From positions 1-56,305 of IMG/VR virus record IMGVR_UViG_3300016469_000460: a stretch of DNA of 56,305 nucleotides. One strand, 5' to 3'. This stretch comes from a virus. Its lineage: Duplodnaviria; Caudoviricetes. The translations under genes and the position numbers were made by a program. Of the stretch, positions 56,051-56,305 are shown piece by piece. The stretch's first letter is position 1. Every line of letters begins with the position of its first letter. Under the pieces are notes generated by a model, which saw only the letters and a program-made list of their open reading frames with translations, was not told where the DNA came from and searched no databases.

Positions 56051-56305
56051 CCTACTTTCACACATCTTAAAAAATGGTGTGAAAAAGCAAGACCGAACCG
56101 GCACGGGAACAATTAGTGTTTTTGGCTATCAAATGCGCTTTGACCTTTCCAAAGGTTTTCCCCTGCTTACTACAAAGAAATTGCACCTGAAAAGCATAAT
56201 ATTTGAATTAATTTGGTTTTTACGAGGCGATACAAATGTGAAATATCTCAATGACAATGGTGTGACTATATGGAACGAATGGCAACGAGAGAACGGCGAT
56301 TTGGG
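56034..56305 (+). CDS. thyA: Thymidylate synthase (5' partial, runs off the window)
   Basis: Manual translation [68 protein letters not shown]...IWNEW...GDLG. Confidence 0.95.
   Translation, partial: MQQYHDLLSHILKNGVKKQDRTGTGTISVFGYQMRFDLSKGFPLLTTKKLHLKSIIFELIWFLRGDTNVKYLNDNGVTIWNEWQRENGDL

Noticed and set aside
1-56305. Stop-codon reassignment or prophage integration signals
   Set aside because: Core genes are full-length in code 11 and end in TAA, TAG or TGA; no integrase, att site or flanking host genes were seen

Overview
This window is a segment of a tailed dsDNA phage genome with a contractile tail (myovirus). The host is most likely Bacteroidota: there is a TTTG-N19-TAnnTTTG promoter, AT-rich non-SD leaders and a Q-rule signal peptide. 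From 0.16 to 7.3 kb (+) lie early/accessory genes, including a sigma70-family factor, an N6-adenine methylase, an AP2-like protein and DUF3310. From 41.8 down to 7.5 kb (-) runs a complete virion operon: GroES, beta-helix spike, ParB-methylase, TerS, TerL, portal, protease/scaffold, decoration protein, MCP, neck, sheath, tube, tail chaperone with a -1 frameshift, tape measure, baseplate and fibres. A ParB-N + B12/radical-SAM cassette and a phased TGTTACA repeat block are embedded in this operon. A lysis cassette follows at 41.9-44.7 kb (+). From 54.5 down to 44.8 kb (-) is an operon with tRNA-Thr, GroEL and an array-less type IV-B CRISPR-Cas-like effector module (csf1, csf2, csf3, cysH-like), interleaved with a PPP phosphatase and a MazG-like gene. 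Its small subunit (Cas11-like) appears inserted inside Csf2/Cas7. A 5' fragment of thyA ends the window. All family assignments come from motif recognition by eye; no database searches were run.
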